Shown: positions 35,393 through 49,800, counted from the first letter of the whole stretch. The stretch: DNA of 63,957 nucleotides, filler included, from Lama guanicoe (GCA_013239625.1; 93 parts of 93 records of this genome joined end to end with filler, not necessarily neighbours in it); one strand, 5' to 3'. Made by a program: numbers and translations. The notes: a model not told the origin generated them from the sequence alone.

Positions 35393-37059
35393 AATGAGCT
35401 TTACATTTTCAACATGCTTAGAAGCATTGAATATTCTTAAACTTAAACTGATAGATTTAATTCTTCCTGACTGGCTTCATTAATATAATTTCTATATAAC
35501 AGCTCNNNNNNNNNNNNNNNNNNNNNNNNNNNNNNNNNNNNNNNNNNNNTTAATTAATTAANNNNNNNNNNNNNNNNNNNNNNNNNNNNNNNNNNNNNNN
35601 NNNNNATTGCAGCGTGAATGGACTAAGACATACAAATAATTCAAGCTTCTTTCATATGCTTTAAAAAAAAAACTAAGTATTCCAATCTAAAATTTCCTTA
35701 AAAATAACTCTGTGGGAAAAAATGATAAGGCATAACAATTCTAATGTAACAATTTTTTTTACTTTATTAGATGTAAAAATGACATGTAAGAAGGTAAATT
35801 TATGTATTTAGACAGGCATTGCAGCCTAATAGTTATGAACTACATTTACCATAAATTCCATTCAGATTTTAAAATGTGATCCATTTGATAGATTTCACTT
35901 GGCAGAGTCTTGAAAGTATTATAAATATATTCAACATTTAAAAGATAAATGCTTAATCTTTCAGATTTGAAATTATTGACATAAAATATTGCTGTCTCAA
36001 GTTTCAAAAACATAATTCAACACATTTTGATATTATTAAAAATCAACCTAACAATATACTCAAACAGTGNNNNNNNNNNNNNNNNNNNNNNNNNNNNNNN
36101 NNNNNNNNNNNNNTTAATTAATTAANNNNNNNNNNNNNNNNNNNNNNNNNNNNNNNNNNNNNNNNNNNNCCCTCTTAATTTTTACTTCTTAGGAAATTAT
36201 AATTACCCCATTTTAATCCCTTTGAAACTTTTTAAAATATTTTTATTATTATTTTTCAAAACTCTGCTTCAAATCCATTTTGTATTATTCATTAGACAAT
36301 GTCTTTAAACCTTTATTTCTCCCTTCTTTAAAATTCTTTATCTCTCTTTCTTTTTTGTCTTTTCTAAGATGTATAACTACATAGGCATTAGGTNNNNNNN
36401 NNNNNNNNNNNNNNNNNNNNNNNNNNNNNNNNNNNNNTTAATTAATTAANNNNNNNNNNNNNNNNNNNNNNNNNNNNNNNNNNNNNNNNNNNNGTAATCA
36501 GAGCTATAAGATTTATATATAATGAAATTTAAAAAGGAGTAATATTTCTTAAAACAGCAAATTATGTTTCCCCCATTTTGAAAAATGTATAATAAATAAA
36601 CTTTTTATGATATTGTATCTAGATAATGATGCCTATGGATAAATATTTTTAATTTAGATATTATATACAAGTGAATTAATTTTACACATTTGAAATAGAA
36701 CATGTAATTTGTTTTATACTTCAAAATTTTATATTGAATTTTTTGTACAAATAAGCACAAATGGATATCTCTGATTGCTATAATTTAATTATTATCATTA
36801 AATTTTAATTATTATTAAAATACCAGAATATCTGATTAACACTGTAATTCACAAAACCCAAAATATTGGTCATTAAAATCTGGAGATAATTAAAAGAAAC
36901 CCTATACCAATAAGTGGTAATTATACTTAATAAAAAGAATAAAATTCAGATTTAAAAGTNNNNNNNNNNNNNNNNNNNNNNNNNNNNNNNNNNNNNNNNN
37001 NNNTTAATTAATTAANNNNNNNNNNNNNNNNNNNNNNNNNNNNNNNNNNNNNNNNNNNN

Positions 37060-37471
37060 ATATTGTGTGTTATTCATTGTATATTCTACATACTATAGTG
37101 TGCATTCCATATTCTATATTCTATATTATGTGTTCTACTTTCTATATTCTTAATTATATATTCTGTATTCTGTATTCTATATTGTAAATTCTGTGTTCTG
37201 CATTCCATGTTGTAAATTCTGGGTTCTATATTCTCAATTCTTTATTCTATATTCTGTGTTCTATATTATATATTCTAAATTCTGCATTCAGTATTTTGTA
37301 TTCTATATTATAAATTCTGTGTTCTGCATTCTATGTTCTAAATTCTATATTCAGTGTTCTGTATTCTATTTTGTAATTTCTGTGTTCTACATTCCATGTT
37401 CTAAGTTCTGGTTTGTATATTGTCTTTTCTCTATTCTATACTGTGTGTTCTTCATTCTATGCTCTATATGC
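37060..37471 (+). repeat. Heptamer satellite (same family as 597-1549)
   Basis: TATTCTA/TATTCTG/TGTTCTG heptamers. Confidence 0.93.
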
Positions 37472-38300
37472 NNNNNNNNNNNNNNNNNNNNNNNNNNNNN
37501 NNNNNNNNNNNNNNNTTAATTAATTAANNNNNNNNNNNNNNNNNNNNNNNNNNNNNNNNNNNNNNNNNNNNACTTATTCAAAATAAAAACTGTCAAATAT
37601 TTAAGAATAACCTCTATAAGTAATACGTAGGACCATCATGAAAAACAGCTAAACTTTTTAGTAATTGGATATTTTTAATAAATGGAAATATACCAGATCC
37701 ATGGATTGGAAGACTAAATAAATATTTTAAAGATGTTCAATTCATGCCCTTCTCTTTACTGGGCATGGTTGCAGTGTTTCATCATTAAGTATGATCTTGG
37801 CCACTACTTTCTGACATTGATTGTGTTAGGAAAGTATTCTATTACTCAATTTCTAAAAATCAAAAGTTAGCAAATGGCATGAATTTTCAAATCATTTATT
37901 GAAATGTGCATATAGCTTTTTGCCTTTGATATTCTGATGTGATTATGTAACTTCCTAATAAACCTCGGCCTTGATATATTATTCTTTTAAAATGCCATTG
38001 GAATTTATTAAAATTCTATTTAGCACATTCTTTTTACTATGAATTTCACAAGCAAGACTGATTTGCGGCTTTCTTCTTGATGCGTGTGTGTGTGTGTGCA
38101 TGTGCGCGTGTGTACCATGCTATGTTTGCCGGTCTTTTCCATATAAATTGGAACAGTTTCCATCTTCTCAAGCTCTAGTATCATTTATANNNNNNNNNNN
38201 NNNNNNNNNNNNNNNNNNNNNNNNNNNNNNNNNTTAATTAATTAANNNNNNNNNNNNNNNNNNNNNNNNNNNNNNNNNNNNNNNNNNNNAAAACAAAGCA

Positions 38301-38400
38301 TACAGTGACACCCACATTCGTGCTGTACGGTGACACCCACATCCATGGCCGTACAGTGACACCCACATCTGTGCTATATGGTGACACACACATCTGTGCT
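38301..38400 (+). repeat. 25-26-bp minisatellite, 4 copies
   Basis: Variants of TACAGTGACACCCACATCTGTGCT. Confidence 0.85.
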
Positions 38401-38919
38401 CCTAGACGTTATGAGCCGTGAAAACAATGATGAGGAAGCTCTTTCTAGACTGAGACAGAAAGAGCTCTAAGACGTACTGATAAGTGAAAAGAGCAAAGTG
38501 CTGAACGGTGTAGATGATGTGTTGCTTTTGAGGTAGGAAAGGGGGAAGAAATAATTCTATATATGCATATTTGCTGTTCTTTACATAAAGAAAAATAATG
38601 GAATAAAAAAATAATTCAGTCAGACAGATGCAGAAAGCACTGTTCTTTTACAACTGGGCTTTCCTAAGAACGGCTATAGAGAAGGCGCTCTAGGTGATGT
38701 AAAAATACAAATCTTAAATACATTTCTAAGTACACTTTTCTTTNNNNNNNNNNNNNNNNNNNNNNNNNNNNNNNNNNNNNNNNNNNNTTAATTAATTAAN
38801 NNNNNNNNNNNNNNNNNNNNNNNNNNNNNNNNNNNNNNNNNNNTCACATTGGTAAAAAACCAATGAAAGCTTTATTACTATTACTACTACTAATTACCAT
38901 GTTTTACTATGGGACACGT

Positions 38920-39739
38920 AGGAATATATTTGGTTTTGAGCATAAGAGGAAATAAAATGATTTTAATTTTAATAAGTTCCTCCTCTATGCTCTGCTGAAA
39001 GTAGATGACAGGAACAAGGATAAAGGCAGGGAGGCCAGTAAGGAGTCGATCAGACTGATGGCAGTGACAGATAATAGTAACTTGTAAAAGCTGCAGTGGA
39101 GATGGCTATCTTTTGAAGGTAGAGTAAACAGGATTTGGTGAGTAATTGGAGATGAGATATGAGAGCCCAGGAGCCGATGGAAAAGATCACGTTGCCAGTT
39201 ACTACTGTGGGGAAGACTGGATGAGCAGGAGGATGAGAAAAGGGGAGTAGGGTGGGATGTGGTATTGGGAGTTCCACTTTTGACCTGCTAAGTTAGAGAT
39301 GTCTATTAGATACTCAAATTTAGATGTGAAGGAAGTGGTTGAACATTTGAGTCTAGAATTCAGGGACAGGTTTAGGCACAATATAAAATTGTAAAAAATG
39401 GACAGTCAATTCATTTCATGTATTGAGGAAATTACATATAATCCCTGAAGAAGTCAGAATAGACAGAGGAAGTTGTTCAAGGACATGCTCTAGGAGGACG
39501 ATAATCTTTACAGCTGCTAGTATGAGAAAGATTAATTGAAATGTTAAAAGATTGTAAGCCATGAGGTCTAAGAAGAATTAGGAGATGTTCTGTGATACAA
39601 AGAAAGTCAGTCTTGCCAGAAGAAGGGTGTCATCTAAGTGTCAAATGCTACAGACATGGCAAGTAAGATGCAGGCTGAGAAACTGCTATTGGGTATGGCA
39701 ACATGGAGTTCACTGGTGATGCTAACAAGAGTGGCTTCT
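38920..39739 (-). mobile_element. LINE-2 fragment
   Basis: TTTTGAAGGTAGAGTAAACAGGATTTG, GAGATGTCTATTAGATACTCAAAT, TGTCAAATGCTACAG, ATGGCAACATGGAGTTCACTGGTGA. Confidence 0.8.
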
Positions 39740-40467
39740 NNNNNNNNNNNNNNNNNNNNNNNNNNNNNNNNNNNNNNNNNNNNTTAATTAATTAANNNNN
39801 NNNNNNNNNNNNNNNNNNNNNNNNNNNNNNNNNNNNNNNGTAATAAGGGCTTCATTTATTGTATTTATTTACCTTTTTAACCCTGGAACCCTATGAAGTA
39901 GGTGGCATTAGTAATCCCATTTTACTGATGATGAAACAAAAAGTTTAGGTATCTTGCCTAAATTGATGCCAGGATTTTAGCTCATTTGTCTTGAGCTTCA
40001 AAGCCATGGTTCATAAACACTGTGTAATGTAAGAGGTTAAGCCTTTCTTTAGCTGACACGTATTTAAAAGTGCAGTGGGACCAACTGCTATGTTAATGAC
40101 ATTTCCAACTTTTCTAGAAGGGAAACCTACTTGAATTTATGATTAATTAATTTACTTATTTTGATAGTGATTATGGTGGCAGATTTAGAAAAACTTCCTT
40201 TTCTGTTTTGGGATAAATAGCTTCCCATTTATGTTAATAGGAAACCAAAATTCTGTCCTAGAATGAGGAACTTAACTACTTAAGTGATTAAATATTTAAG
40301 TTCCCCATTCTAGTTACTAGCTTATCTACTGAATATAGTAATGTAAGTAAATCTCTATCTGGCCTGANNNNNNNNNNNNNNNNNNNNNNNNNNNNNNNNN
40401 NNNNNNNNNNNTTAATTAATTAANNNNNNNNNNNNNNNNNNNNNNNNNNNNNNNNNNNNNNNNNNNN

Positions 40468-40553
40468 ATGATTATATATATATGTATATGTATGACTGAA
40501 ACATTATACTGTACACTAGAAATTGACATATCTATACTTCAATTAAAAAAAAA
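40468..40553 (+). mobile_element. L1 extreme 3' end with poly(A)
   Basis: GTATGACTGAAACATTATACTGTACACTAGAAATTGACA...TATACTTCAATTAAAAAAAAA. Confidence 0.8.
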
Positions 40554-41265
40554 GATTTAGGCTTTTGTAAAACAGAAGTGTGCAAAACGTATGGGTTCTG
40601 CCTGATGTGTGGCCAGCCTTATACATTCCCAGAGGCAATGAAGTGGAGAGGCGACTTGAATAGGGAAAAAAGGTAAAGGAGAAAATGCAGAGGGGGGGGG
40701 GTGGAATACTCTTCATTAAGATGCATACCTTCTCAGTCCGGGACAAGGCACACAGTGAAGTTATGTGTGTGGATGTTTGGGGGGTGTGTGTGTGTGTGTG
40801 TGTGGTGTTTGTTGCTGTGTGACAGTGAAAGCTCAGAGGTGTAGAGACACTGAGACAGGGAAAGACTAAAGCAAACAGTAAAGGAATCAGTAAAGCCAAG
40901 ACCACCAGGTTGAGTGGAGTAACGACTTGAGTTCCCTAATAGAGGCCCTTCACGCTCATGCTAGGTCATCTCCAGAGAACACTGTTTCATAGATCAGTAA
41001 CTGTTTCAAGTTTATTTGTTTTGACTCTGTTTAAATTAAAAGAGTGCCATACCTGGTGTGTGGTGATGTGCCTGTATTTAAATGTGTCATGAGAATTTAC
41101 TTTGACTGACATATAATCTTTGATTATGAGTTTTGAAATAATCAAAAAATTATTAACAGCATTCTNNNNNNNNNNNNNNNNNNNNNNNNNNNNNNNNNNN
41201 NNNNNNNNNTTAATTAATTAANNNNNNNNNNNNNNNNNNNNNNNNNNNNNNNNNNNNNNNNNNNN

Positions 41266-41791
41266 GTATCCACCATCTTTGTACCATACACAGTACTTTT
41301 ACTGCCCTAAAAAGCCTCTGTGCTCTGCCTATACATTTCCTCCTTCCCCAACCTCTGGCAACTAGTGATCCTTGTACTGTTTCCATAGTTTTTCCTTTTC
41401 CAGAATGTTTGACACTTGGAATCATACAGTATATAGCCTTTTCATGTTGGCTTCTTTTACTTGGTAATGTACATTTAAGGTTCCTCCATATGTTTTCATG
41501 GCCTGATAGCTCATTTCCTTTTCGTGCTGAATGATACTCCATTGTCTGGATGTACCACAGTTTTTATTAAGATTCACTGACTGAAGGACATCTTGGTTGC
41601 TTCCACATTTTGGCAATTATGAATAAAGCTGTTGTGTACGTCTGTGTGCAGATGTTTGCATGGACGTAAGTTTTCAGTTCATTTGGGTAAAAATCAGGGG
41701 GCACGACTGCTGGATCATAAGAGTATGTTTAGTTTTGTAAGAAAATTGTCAAACTGTCTTCCAAATTGGTTGTAGCGTTTTGCATTCCCAC
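41266..41791 (-). mobile_element. L1MB/MC 3' region; duplicate C2
   Basis: Same ends as 30526-31050; few SNPs and one indel. Confidence 0.9.
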
Positions 41792-42509
41792 NNNNNNNNN
41801 NNNNNNNNNNNNNNNNNNNNNNNNNNNNNNNNNNNTTAATTAATTAANNNNNNNNNNNNNNNNNNNNNNNNNNNNNNNNNNNNNNNNNNNNTTTTTCATC
41901 GACAGTGCAAATTTTCATGCATTGGTATTGACTACTCAGTGTAATGTATTGAGAAGGGTCTGGAACCATGCTTAGTTAGTAGTAAAGAGTGTTACAATTA
42001 CTAATGACTGCTTCAGTGTGGGAATGCCAGCTTATGTAATGTGTATTTTCTTACTCTGATACAAGACATTAAAAGTAGTGTCATGAGCAAGTTTTCGAGG
42101 TCATTCTAGTACCAGTATGATGAGATAGTGTCTCATGAAAACATCACGTATTATTATCTTTTTTATACCAACGAAGAAAGTGAGATTAGGGGATGAAGTA
42201 ACTTGCCTGAAGTCTACCAGCTATTCAAGAATAGAGCTGGGATTTCAACCTAAGTAGGCCAGACTTCAGAGAATAGGACTTTTTTTATGTGGCCATGAAG
42301 TCATTTTATAATGAAGAAACTAAACATTAGTTCTGATTATCAGAAAAGTTTCATGAATGGATTGTGATTTTTGCTAAACCTTGACAAATATCTTGTATTT
42401 AGCAGGTAGNNNNNNNNNNNNNNNNNNNNNNNNNNNNNNNNNNNNNNNNNNNNTTAATTAATTAANNNNNNNNNNNNNNNNNNNNNNNNNNNNNNNNNNN
42501 NNNNNNNNN

Positions 42510-42952
42510 AAAATGCATGGCCATTTCTGTGTACAAATACTATTTACCTCAGTCTCTACGGTTTGTCTACATATGACATTAAACCTGCATTCAGAAATTA
42601 CGAGACACGTAAAAAAGCCAGAAGAAACAACCCATTAATAAAACATAAAGTTTTAGACCAGACTCAGAAATGACACATGTATCAGAATTATCCTACAGGG
42701 ACTATAAAATAATTATGAGGCCAATGTTAAAATATCTAATGAACAAGGCAGATAACATAAAGAATCAGCTGGGGAACTTTAACAGAACATTTTTTAAAGT
42801 AAAATAGAATGGTAGAACTAGAAAACACAGCAACAGAAATAAAGAATTTCTGTAGTGAGCTCATACACCTACTGGACAGAGTCCAGGAAAGAATCAATGA
42901 AATTGAAGAAAGGTCAACAGAAATTATCCAAATTAAGAGCAAAGAGGAAAAC
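42510..42952 (+). mobile_element. Old L1 ORF1 fragment
   Basis: ELENTATEIKNFCSELIHLLDRVQERINEIEERSTEIIQ, the L1 ORF1 coiled coil. Confidence 0.85.
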
Positions 42953-43052
42953 NNNNNNNNNNNNNNNNNNNNNNNNNNNNNNNNNNNNNNNNNNNNTTAA
43001 TTAATTAANNNNNNNNNNNNNNNNNNNNNNNNNNNNNNNNNNNNNNNNNNNN

Positions 43053-43367
43053 GCGGCGCGGGGTCCCGTGGGCAGTGCAGTCCGGCCGCCCCGACCACCT
43101 GGCGCACGGAGAGCACGGGAAACCCCACCCGCTTTGCTCTCCAAAACCTAACTGCTCTCCAGGAAAGAGTTTCTAAAAAGGTGTAAGCAGAGGGGAGGTT
43201 GCAGCTGCTAGCAGCAACTAACCGCCCTCTAAGGTGTCCCGAAAGTGAAAGGCTCTCGTTGACCGAGAATGGATTTGGGCAGGGAGTGGGAGTGTCAGCG
43301 GCAATATGGGCCCGGACGACGCTCTGAGGAGCGGCTGAGTGACTTTGCAGGGTCCTGAGGACGGAGG
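43053..43367. promoter_or_regulatory. CpG-rich fragment, possible promoter/CpG-island edge with IRF-type element
   Basis: High GC and CpG density; GAAAGTGAAAG at 43241-43251. Confidence 0.4.
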
Positions 43368-44464
43368 NNNNNNNNNNNNNNNNNNNNNNNNNNNNNNNNN
43401 NNNNNNNNNNNTTAATTAATTAANNNNNNNNNNNNNNNNNNNNNNNNNNNNNNNNNNNNNNNNNNNNGTTCTTCAGAAAAATTACTATGCAAATTCCAAA
43501 TGGGCAAACTTTCTTATAGATTTTTTTGAAGTTCTGTATATGTAAGTTTGCATAAATTTCTTGTGTGGGTGGGTGACCTTGTGTGTCAGTTTGTGTTTAC
43601 ACGTAAAATCTCAGCTTAAATGATACAGCTATATGGAATCAGTTCATGTTAGAAAAAACAGATTGATGTATTGGAACGAATTCTCACCTAGAAATCAGTA
43701 AACATGCGTTCTTAGGTGGTTACGCTGACATAAGTGCAACTGTTTATTGAATGTCTATTTTGTACTCAGTGCTCTGCGTCCATGCCTCATTAATCCTCAC
43801 AGCAAATGTGTGAAACAATACTATTATCCTATATTGAAGATTAGAAAATAGAGGCACAAAGGAAATAAGTGAGGATGAGGATAGTGATCAGGACGAAAGC
43901 CCCCGGCAGGCAAATGCCCGTGTGACTCTAATGGCTGTGTTGTGAGTTTTGCCAGCAAGATCCACATCTGTCACTAACCCACTTTGGTGTCTTAAGAAGG
44001 TCGGTCGGTGGTTGCGGTGTAAGCAGTGCCCTCGAGAACTGCCCAGGACGGCTGCCAGGCTTCTGTGATCCTCTGTGTCTTCACCTGTAAAATGGGCAGA
44101 GTAACAGCTGTTCCGTTGTCTCACGGTTGTTTGTGGTAGAAGTTGCGCACAACTTGATCCATGACAGCAGTGGGGGGAGCACGGTGCTTCTGTGGTAAAG
44201 CTGTAAGCGGGGGCTTCCGGGTTCTGTGGCGGTTCCGGGAGAGGGGAGCCCCAGGGAAAGCCCACGCCTTGCCCTCGGCCTCTCTCCGCCCAGCTCTTCC
44301 CGAGTTACACCCTTCTACAATCAACCAGTAACCTAGTAGATAAAAAAGAAGGTATGAGCGTAGTNNNNNNNNNNNNNNNNNNNNNNNNNNNNNNNNNNNN
44401 NNNNNNNNTTAATTAATTAANNNNNNNNNNNNNNNNNNNNNNNNNNNNNNNNNNNNNNNNNNNN

Positions 44465-44925
44465 ATTCCATGTTCTTAATTCTGGGTTTTATATTCTCTA
44501 TTCTATATTCTATAATTTGTGTTCATTATTCTATCCTCTATATACAATATTCTGCATTCTGTAGTCTATATTCTATATTGTGTGTTCTGCATTCTATATT
44601 CTAAATTCTATATTCAGTATTCTGTATTCTATATTTTAAATTCTGTGTTCTATATTCTATCTTCTGTATTTTATATTCTGCATTCCGTATTCTATATTCT
44701 ATAAACTATATTCTGCATTCTGTAGTCTATATTCTATATTGTGTGTTCTGCATTCTATATTCTAAATTCAATATTCAGTATTCTTTATTCTATATTCTTA
44801 ATTCTGTGTTCAACATTATATATTTGAAATTCTATATTCAGTATTTTGTTTTCTATATTCTAAATTCTCTGTTCTTAACTCCATGTTCTCAATTCTGGGT
44901 TTTGTATTCTGTTTTCCATATTCTA
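44465..44925 (+). repeat. Heptamer satellite (same family as 597-1549)
   Basis: TATTCTA/CATTCTA heptamers. Confidence 0.93.
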
Positions 44926-45229
44926 NNNNNNNNNNNNNNNNNNNNNNNNNNNNNNNNNNNNNNNNNNNNTTAATTAATTAANNNNNNNNNNNNNNNNNNN
45001 NNNNNNNNNNNNNNNNNNNNNNNNNCTGATTGCTGGACTCCACCCCAGAGTGCAGGGTCTGGGAATTTGCATCTTTCAAGTTCTCCAAGGATGCTTACAC
45101 TGCCTGTTCAGAAACCACCCTTTGGGAGTCACTGTCCCACAGCAATGGTGACTCAGAGGTCAACCTTGTGGGCACCATTCGCCTATGCTTTAGCAACCAG
45201 TTTCAGTGAAGGAGGCCATGTGTGTTGTT

Positions 45230-45460
45230 GTTAAAGAGCCTAGAATTTGGGCTTCGACTGATTTAGGTTCAAATCCAGACTCTGACACTGACCAGTTATG
45301 TGAGCTGTGGCAAGAGGATTTTACCTTGTGAGCCTCAGTTTTCCCATCTATAAAATGGTATACATGAAAATATCAACCTTCACACTCATAGGGATATGAT
45401 GAAGATTTAATTAATAATAACGAAAAACTAGGCACGGTGCTTGGCACATAGTTAGCCCTT
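45230..45460 (+). mobile_element. MIR SINE
   Basis: GGTTCAAATCCAGACTCTGACACT...GAGCCTCAGTTTTCCCATCTATAAAATGG...GTGCTTGGCACATAGT. Confidence 0.85.
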
Positions 45461-45852
45461 TGTAACTAAAGATACAATGTCAACAGGTGATGCTAGTGTT
45501 TTGTAAACTGTAAAGTGCCGGCCAAATGTAAGAGATTGCATTCTACTGACATTCACCCTGTATTCTTCAATTCAAATTTTCATCTTCTAGGACTCAGAGA
45601 GGTAACAACATTAGAAGGAAAGCAAAGTGAAGAGACTTCTTAATGGGGGCTGTAACTCCTCCTTCCCCAACCCTCCCCACCTTCAAGGTCAGCTTGTTTA
45701 AATTGAGACTTGAACTTCCCTGGGAATCAGTTTCATGTTCTTCTTACCCACANNNNNNNNNNNNNNNNNNNNNNNNNNNNNNNNNNNNNNNNNNNNTTAA
45801 TTAATTAANNNNNNNNNNNNNNNNNNNNNNNNNNNNNNNNNNNNNNNNNNNN

Positions 45853-46272
45853 AGCTACAGTAATTGAGACAATATGGTTCAATATGACATGAAGATGGAT
45901 ATATAGATTAATTAAGAGTTCTGAATAAACCCTCACGTTTATGGTCAATTGCTATTTGTCAAGTGTGCCAACAAGATAAGTCAATGGGGAAAAGAGTCTT
46001 TTAAACAAATTGCCTGGGATGTGTGCATATCTTTACTCAAAGAAAGAAAGTTGCACCTTTGCCATGCACCATACACAAAAAGCAACAAAAAATGAATTAT
46101 GGAGCTAAATACATGAGCTAAAATTACATAAATCCTAAGTGAGAATATAGGAGAAAATCTTCCTGATCTTGGATTAGACAATAATTTCTTAGATGTGGCA
46201 GTTACAGCACAAGAGACAAGAAAGAAGTAGATAACTTGAACTTCATCAAATCTAAAACATTTTGTACAGAAA
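45853..46272 (+). mobile_element. L1 ORF2 fragment
   Basis: AGCTACAGTAATTGAGACAATATGG, AATGGGGAAAAGAGTCTTTTAAACAAAT, AATATAGGAGAAAATCTT. Confidence 0.88.
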
Positions 46273-46372
46273 NNNNNNNNNNNNNNNNNNNNNNNNNNNN
46301 NNNNNNNNNNNNNNNNTTAATTAATTAANNNNNNNNNNNNNNNNNNNNNNNNNNNNNNNNNNNNNNNNNNNN

Positions 46373-46801
46373 GTGCTTTGTTCAATTTTTTTTTCATGAT
46401 CTTTCTTCTTTTTTTAGTACATTATCCATAGTGGACTTCCCCACTAATCCATATAAACTTCTCTATTAATAATATTTTTGCTGCATCCTGTAAGTTTTGG
46501 TATATTGTGTTTTCATTTTTGTTTGTCTCTCTAAATTTTCTAGTTACCTATTAATATATTTTTCTTGGATCCTTTGGTTGTTCAAGAATATGTTGTTTAA
46601 TTTCCACATATTTTTGAATTTTCCAGTTCATTTCTTCTATGGATTTCTAGTTGCATTTCATTGTGATCGGGAAAATATTTGATATGGTTTCAGTCTTTTT
46701 AAGTTTGTTAAAATTGTTTCATGTCCTAACACGTAGTGTGTCCAATGAATGTTTCATGCACACTTCAGAAGAATGTGTATTCTTGCTGTTGTTGGTTGGA
46801 A
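46373..46801 (-). mobile_element. L1 ORF2 endonuclease-region fragment
   Basis: TTTGCTGCATCCTGTAAGTTTTGGTAT, TGTTGTTTAATTTCCACATATTT, AGAAGAATGTGTATTCT. Confidence 0.88.
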
Positions 46802-49800
46802 NNNNNNNNNNNNNNNNNNNNNNNNNNNNNNNNNNNNNNNNNNNNTTAATTAATTAANNNNNNNNNNNNNNNNNNNNNNNNNNNNNNNNNNNNNNNNNNN
46901 NTAAGCCCACAAAGACTGACCCTTTGTTCAGTTTCTCCAACAGGCTTGTCACTGTCACCCTAAAATAGAACCCACCCTATAAATGTCAGTGGGATCCTTC
47001 GCCAAAACTCCTATTTTTCTTCTTCAGTTCTTCAGCATATGCCTTGAGATTCCTATCAGCTCATTTGTGTCTATTTTGCATTTTCTTTGACTTTTTTAAG
47101 AATGCTGCTTGTGTACCTTTATTCTAAGTTTTTTACTATCCTTAGAAAACATTTATGAAGAAGATATCAATAATTATTTGTTTATTATTGGAACGAGTGA
47201 TATGTAGTCTGGCTTTTAGTCTTTGTTTCAGGGCTGATATATAAAATGTAAATTATGCACATACAGTCTTTTATTGAAATAATAACTTGAACAATTCTAT
47301 AAAATAACTTTCTGTTATTTTTTCTGTTGCTTTTGTAGTTTCTGCTTTTGTTAAATTAAAGNNNNNNNNNNNNNNNNNNNNNNNNNNNNNNNNNNNNNNN
47401 NNNNNTTAATTAATTAANNNNNNNNNNNNNNNNNNNNNNNNNNNNNNNNNNNNNNNNNNNNATAAGAAAGTGCAGGAGCAAAGATGGAAAAAGAATCAAT
47501 AGTTCCTGGTCCTGATTAAGCATTTTTCAATTATCTCACTTACTCTTTATAACAATTCTGCAAATAACATTTTATACCATTTTTGGAAGTATAGTGGGTG
47601 TACAGGAATTCTATCCCAACTTCAAAAAGAGAAGAATATTCAATTCTCTTTGGAGACTATAAACTTAGTAAAAATGTATTAGGGCTGCAATTGTGTAAAG
47701 CATTCTTCACAGTGCTGGCATTGCCAGGATGAATGGAATCTGTAGATCCTGTTTCTTAGCAGTTCACAGCCTACATAATCTTTCTATAATATATTACAAC
47801 AAGAGCAGCAGTAGATTTATTTATATAGTATAGTGAAAGCATAAACTGATGGAGCCATGAGTTTTCAAAAGTGGGAAAATGATCAAGTGGTTTACAAATC
47901 TCTATGAACCTTAAAAATTAAAGATTGGAGTCCTTCATGTGAATCTGAGATAGTAAGAGTCATAAAAAGAGGGGAAAGGGTATGTTTCAAGTTAATTACA
48001 GAGCAGAAGGGCAAATAAAATATAATGGAATGATATGCAGGAACAAAAAAGGATGAAAGATGCAGGCAGGTAGAAGAGTCCTGGCCAATGTGAGAGAAGA
48101 GTCTTCCTTAAGGAATAGAAGGGGGACTACAAAGTGGAACTACCCCCAACAAAGCAAAAGAAGTGTATAGCTGCAAACGGAAAAGGAAATGAACCAAGCC
48201 ATTTTGGTAATCCCAGTGTGGTTACAAGGTTAAGATGTGACAGTTAGAATGGAAGGTTTGAATTTACTGAGTACTAACATTCTCATAACTGTGCTAGGAA
48301 ATAACATTTTATAAAGAGAGAAAAATGAGTCTTTTTAGAAGGAATGCAACTTCTCTCTTTTCNNNNNNNNNNNNNNNNNNNNNNNNNNNNNNNNNNNNNN
48401 NNNNNNTTAATTAATTAANNNNNNNNNNNNNNNNNNNNNNNNNNNNNNNNNNNNNNNNNNNNTTCACCAAAGACACACCAGGCGTCTGCTGCGGGCCAGG
48501 CTTGGCGCCCTTAGGAGGCTGTTCCTTAGCTGACAGGGTCAGGAGAAACAGCTGGAGGCGGAAGGGCACTCATTAGCTAACCAGATTGGCCTGAGGGTCT
48601 GCAGTCGCCACTGGGGTCGACTCCCTCTCGACAGTCCCCGCAGACACGAGATCGCCTTCCCAGAGGAACTGAGTGGGTTAGGGAGACTCACAGGCAGAGA
48701 AGGGTACAGAAGAGTCAGGCCATGCAAACGTTCTGGTCGACCTGGCTTTCATATTTTGCCCTGTGAATCAGTTGTGTTGGATTCTGGTTTGTCATGAGTT
48801 TAGTCAGTGGAGTGAGGACACCAACGGTGACCATCCTGCAGGTTCTAGATGTGCAGCCAAGAGCTTCTGACATCTGACCATCCCGTCTGTGTTATTTTGT
48901 GTTTGTTCTTGCAAAGGCACCCAGGTATGGTGGGAACTCATAGCTGGCTGGCAGAAGTTTGTCTGACCATCGTAGCGTTGGGGAGGGAAGAGTCCCCCAG
49001 TCTCCACCTGGTGATGCCGCTCTTGTGCTTGGNNNNNNNNNNNNNNNNNNNNNNNNNNNNNNNNNNNNNNNNNNNNTTAATTAATTAANNNNNNNNNNNN
49101 NNNNNNNNNNNNNNNNNNNNNNNNNNNNNNNNTGTCAAATGAGAACATTCCTATCAGCCTTTGTGAACTGCAGCCAGGTCATGGCACCCAGACAAGACAG
49201 GCTGGAGAATTCTGTGCAAAATACCAATGCAGTGGGATCTGGCTAAATTAAGTGTCAAACTATAATTTAATAAATGCTCAGAAAAAGCTTTCCTAGAATG
49301 TATGGATTATATGTGGCTCTGAGAAGAAGAACTGCTAAACAGAAAAAAATATATGGGGAAACTGTAGCAGTTAAGAAATATTAGGATAAAGATGAAAACA
49401 AGGATATGTCTGTCAGTTATTGAAATAAAGGTGAATTTTGTAAATACTTATTAGCAAGAGTCAGTGACTCCCAAACTGGTTCTAAACAAATAACAACTAA
49501 AATCTGTCTGCATCTAAAAGGAAATGTCTTGAAATACAATAATAGAAGGTAAGTAAGTGCACATAGGTAAATATAAATAGAAAAAAACAATGCCAGTGAC
49601 AAATATTTGACAAATTACACAGTGCCTACTACAGCCTGGAGCAGAGCTGAGCGCCTCACCTCTTGGATCCAGACAAAGCACTTTGTGTTTACTCCCCCTC
49701 AGTCCGCTCACATCTAGCAGTCTGATGGCCAGGCTTTATCANNNNNNNNNNNNNNNNNNNNNNNNNNNNNNNNNNNNNNNNNNNNTTAATTAATTAANNN

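Noticed and set aside
48917..48924. 8-nt microexon (ttcttgcaaag|GCACCCAG|gtatgg) with upstream TGC
   Set aside because: Not frame-preserving, no homology support, plausible by chance
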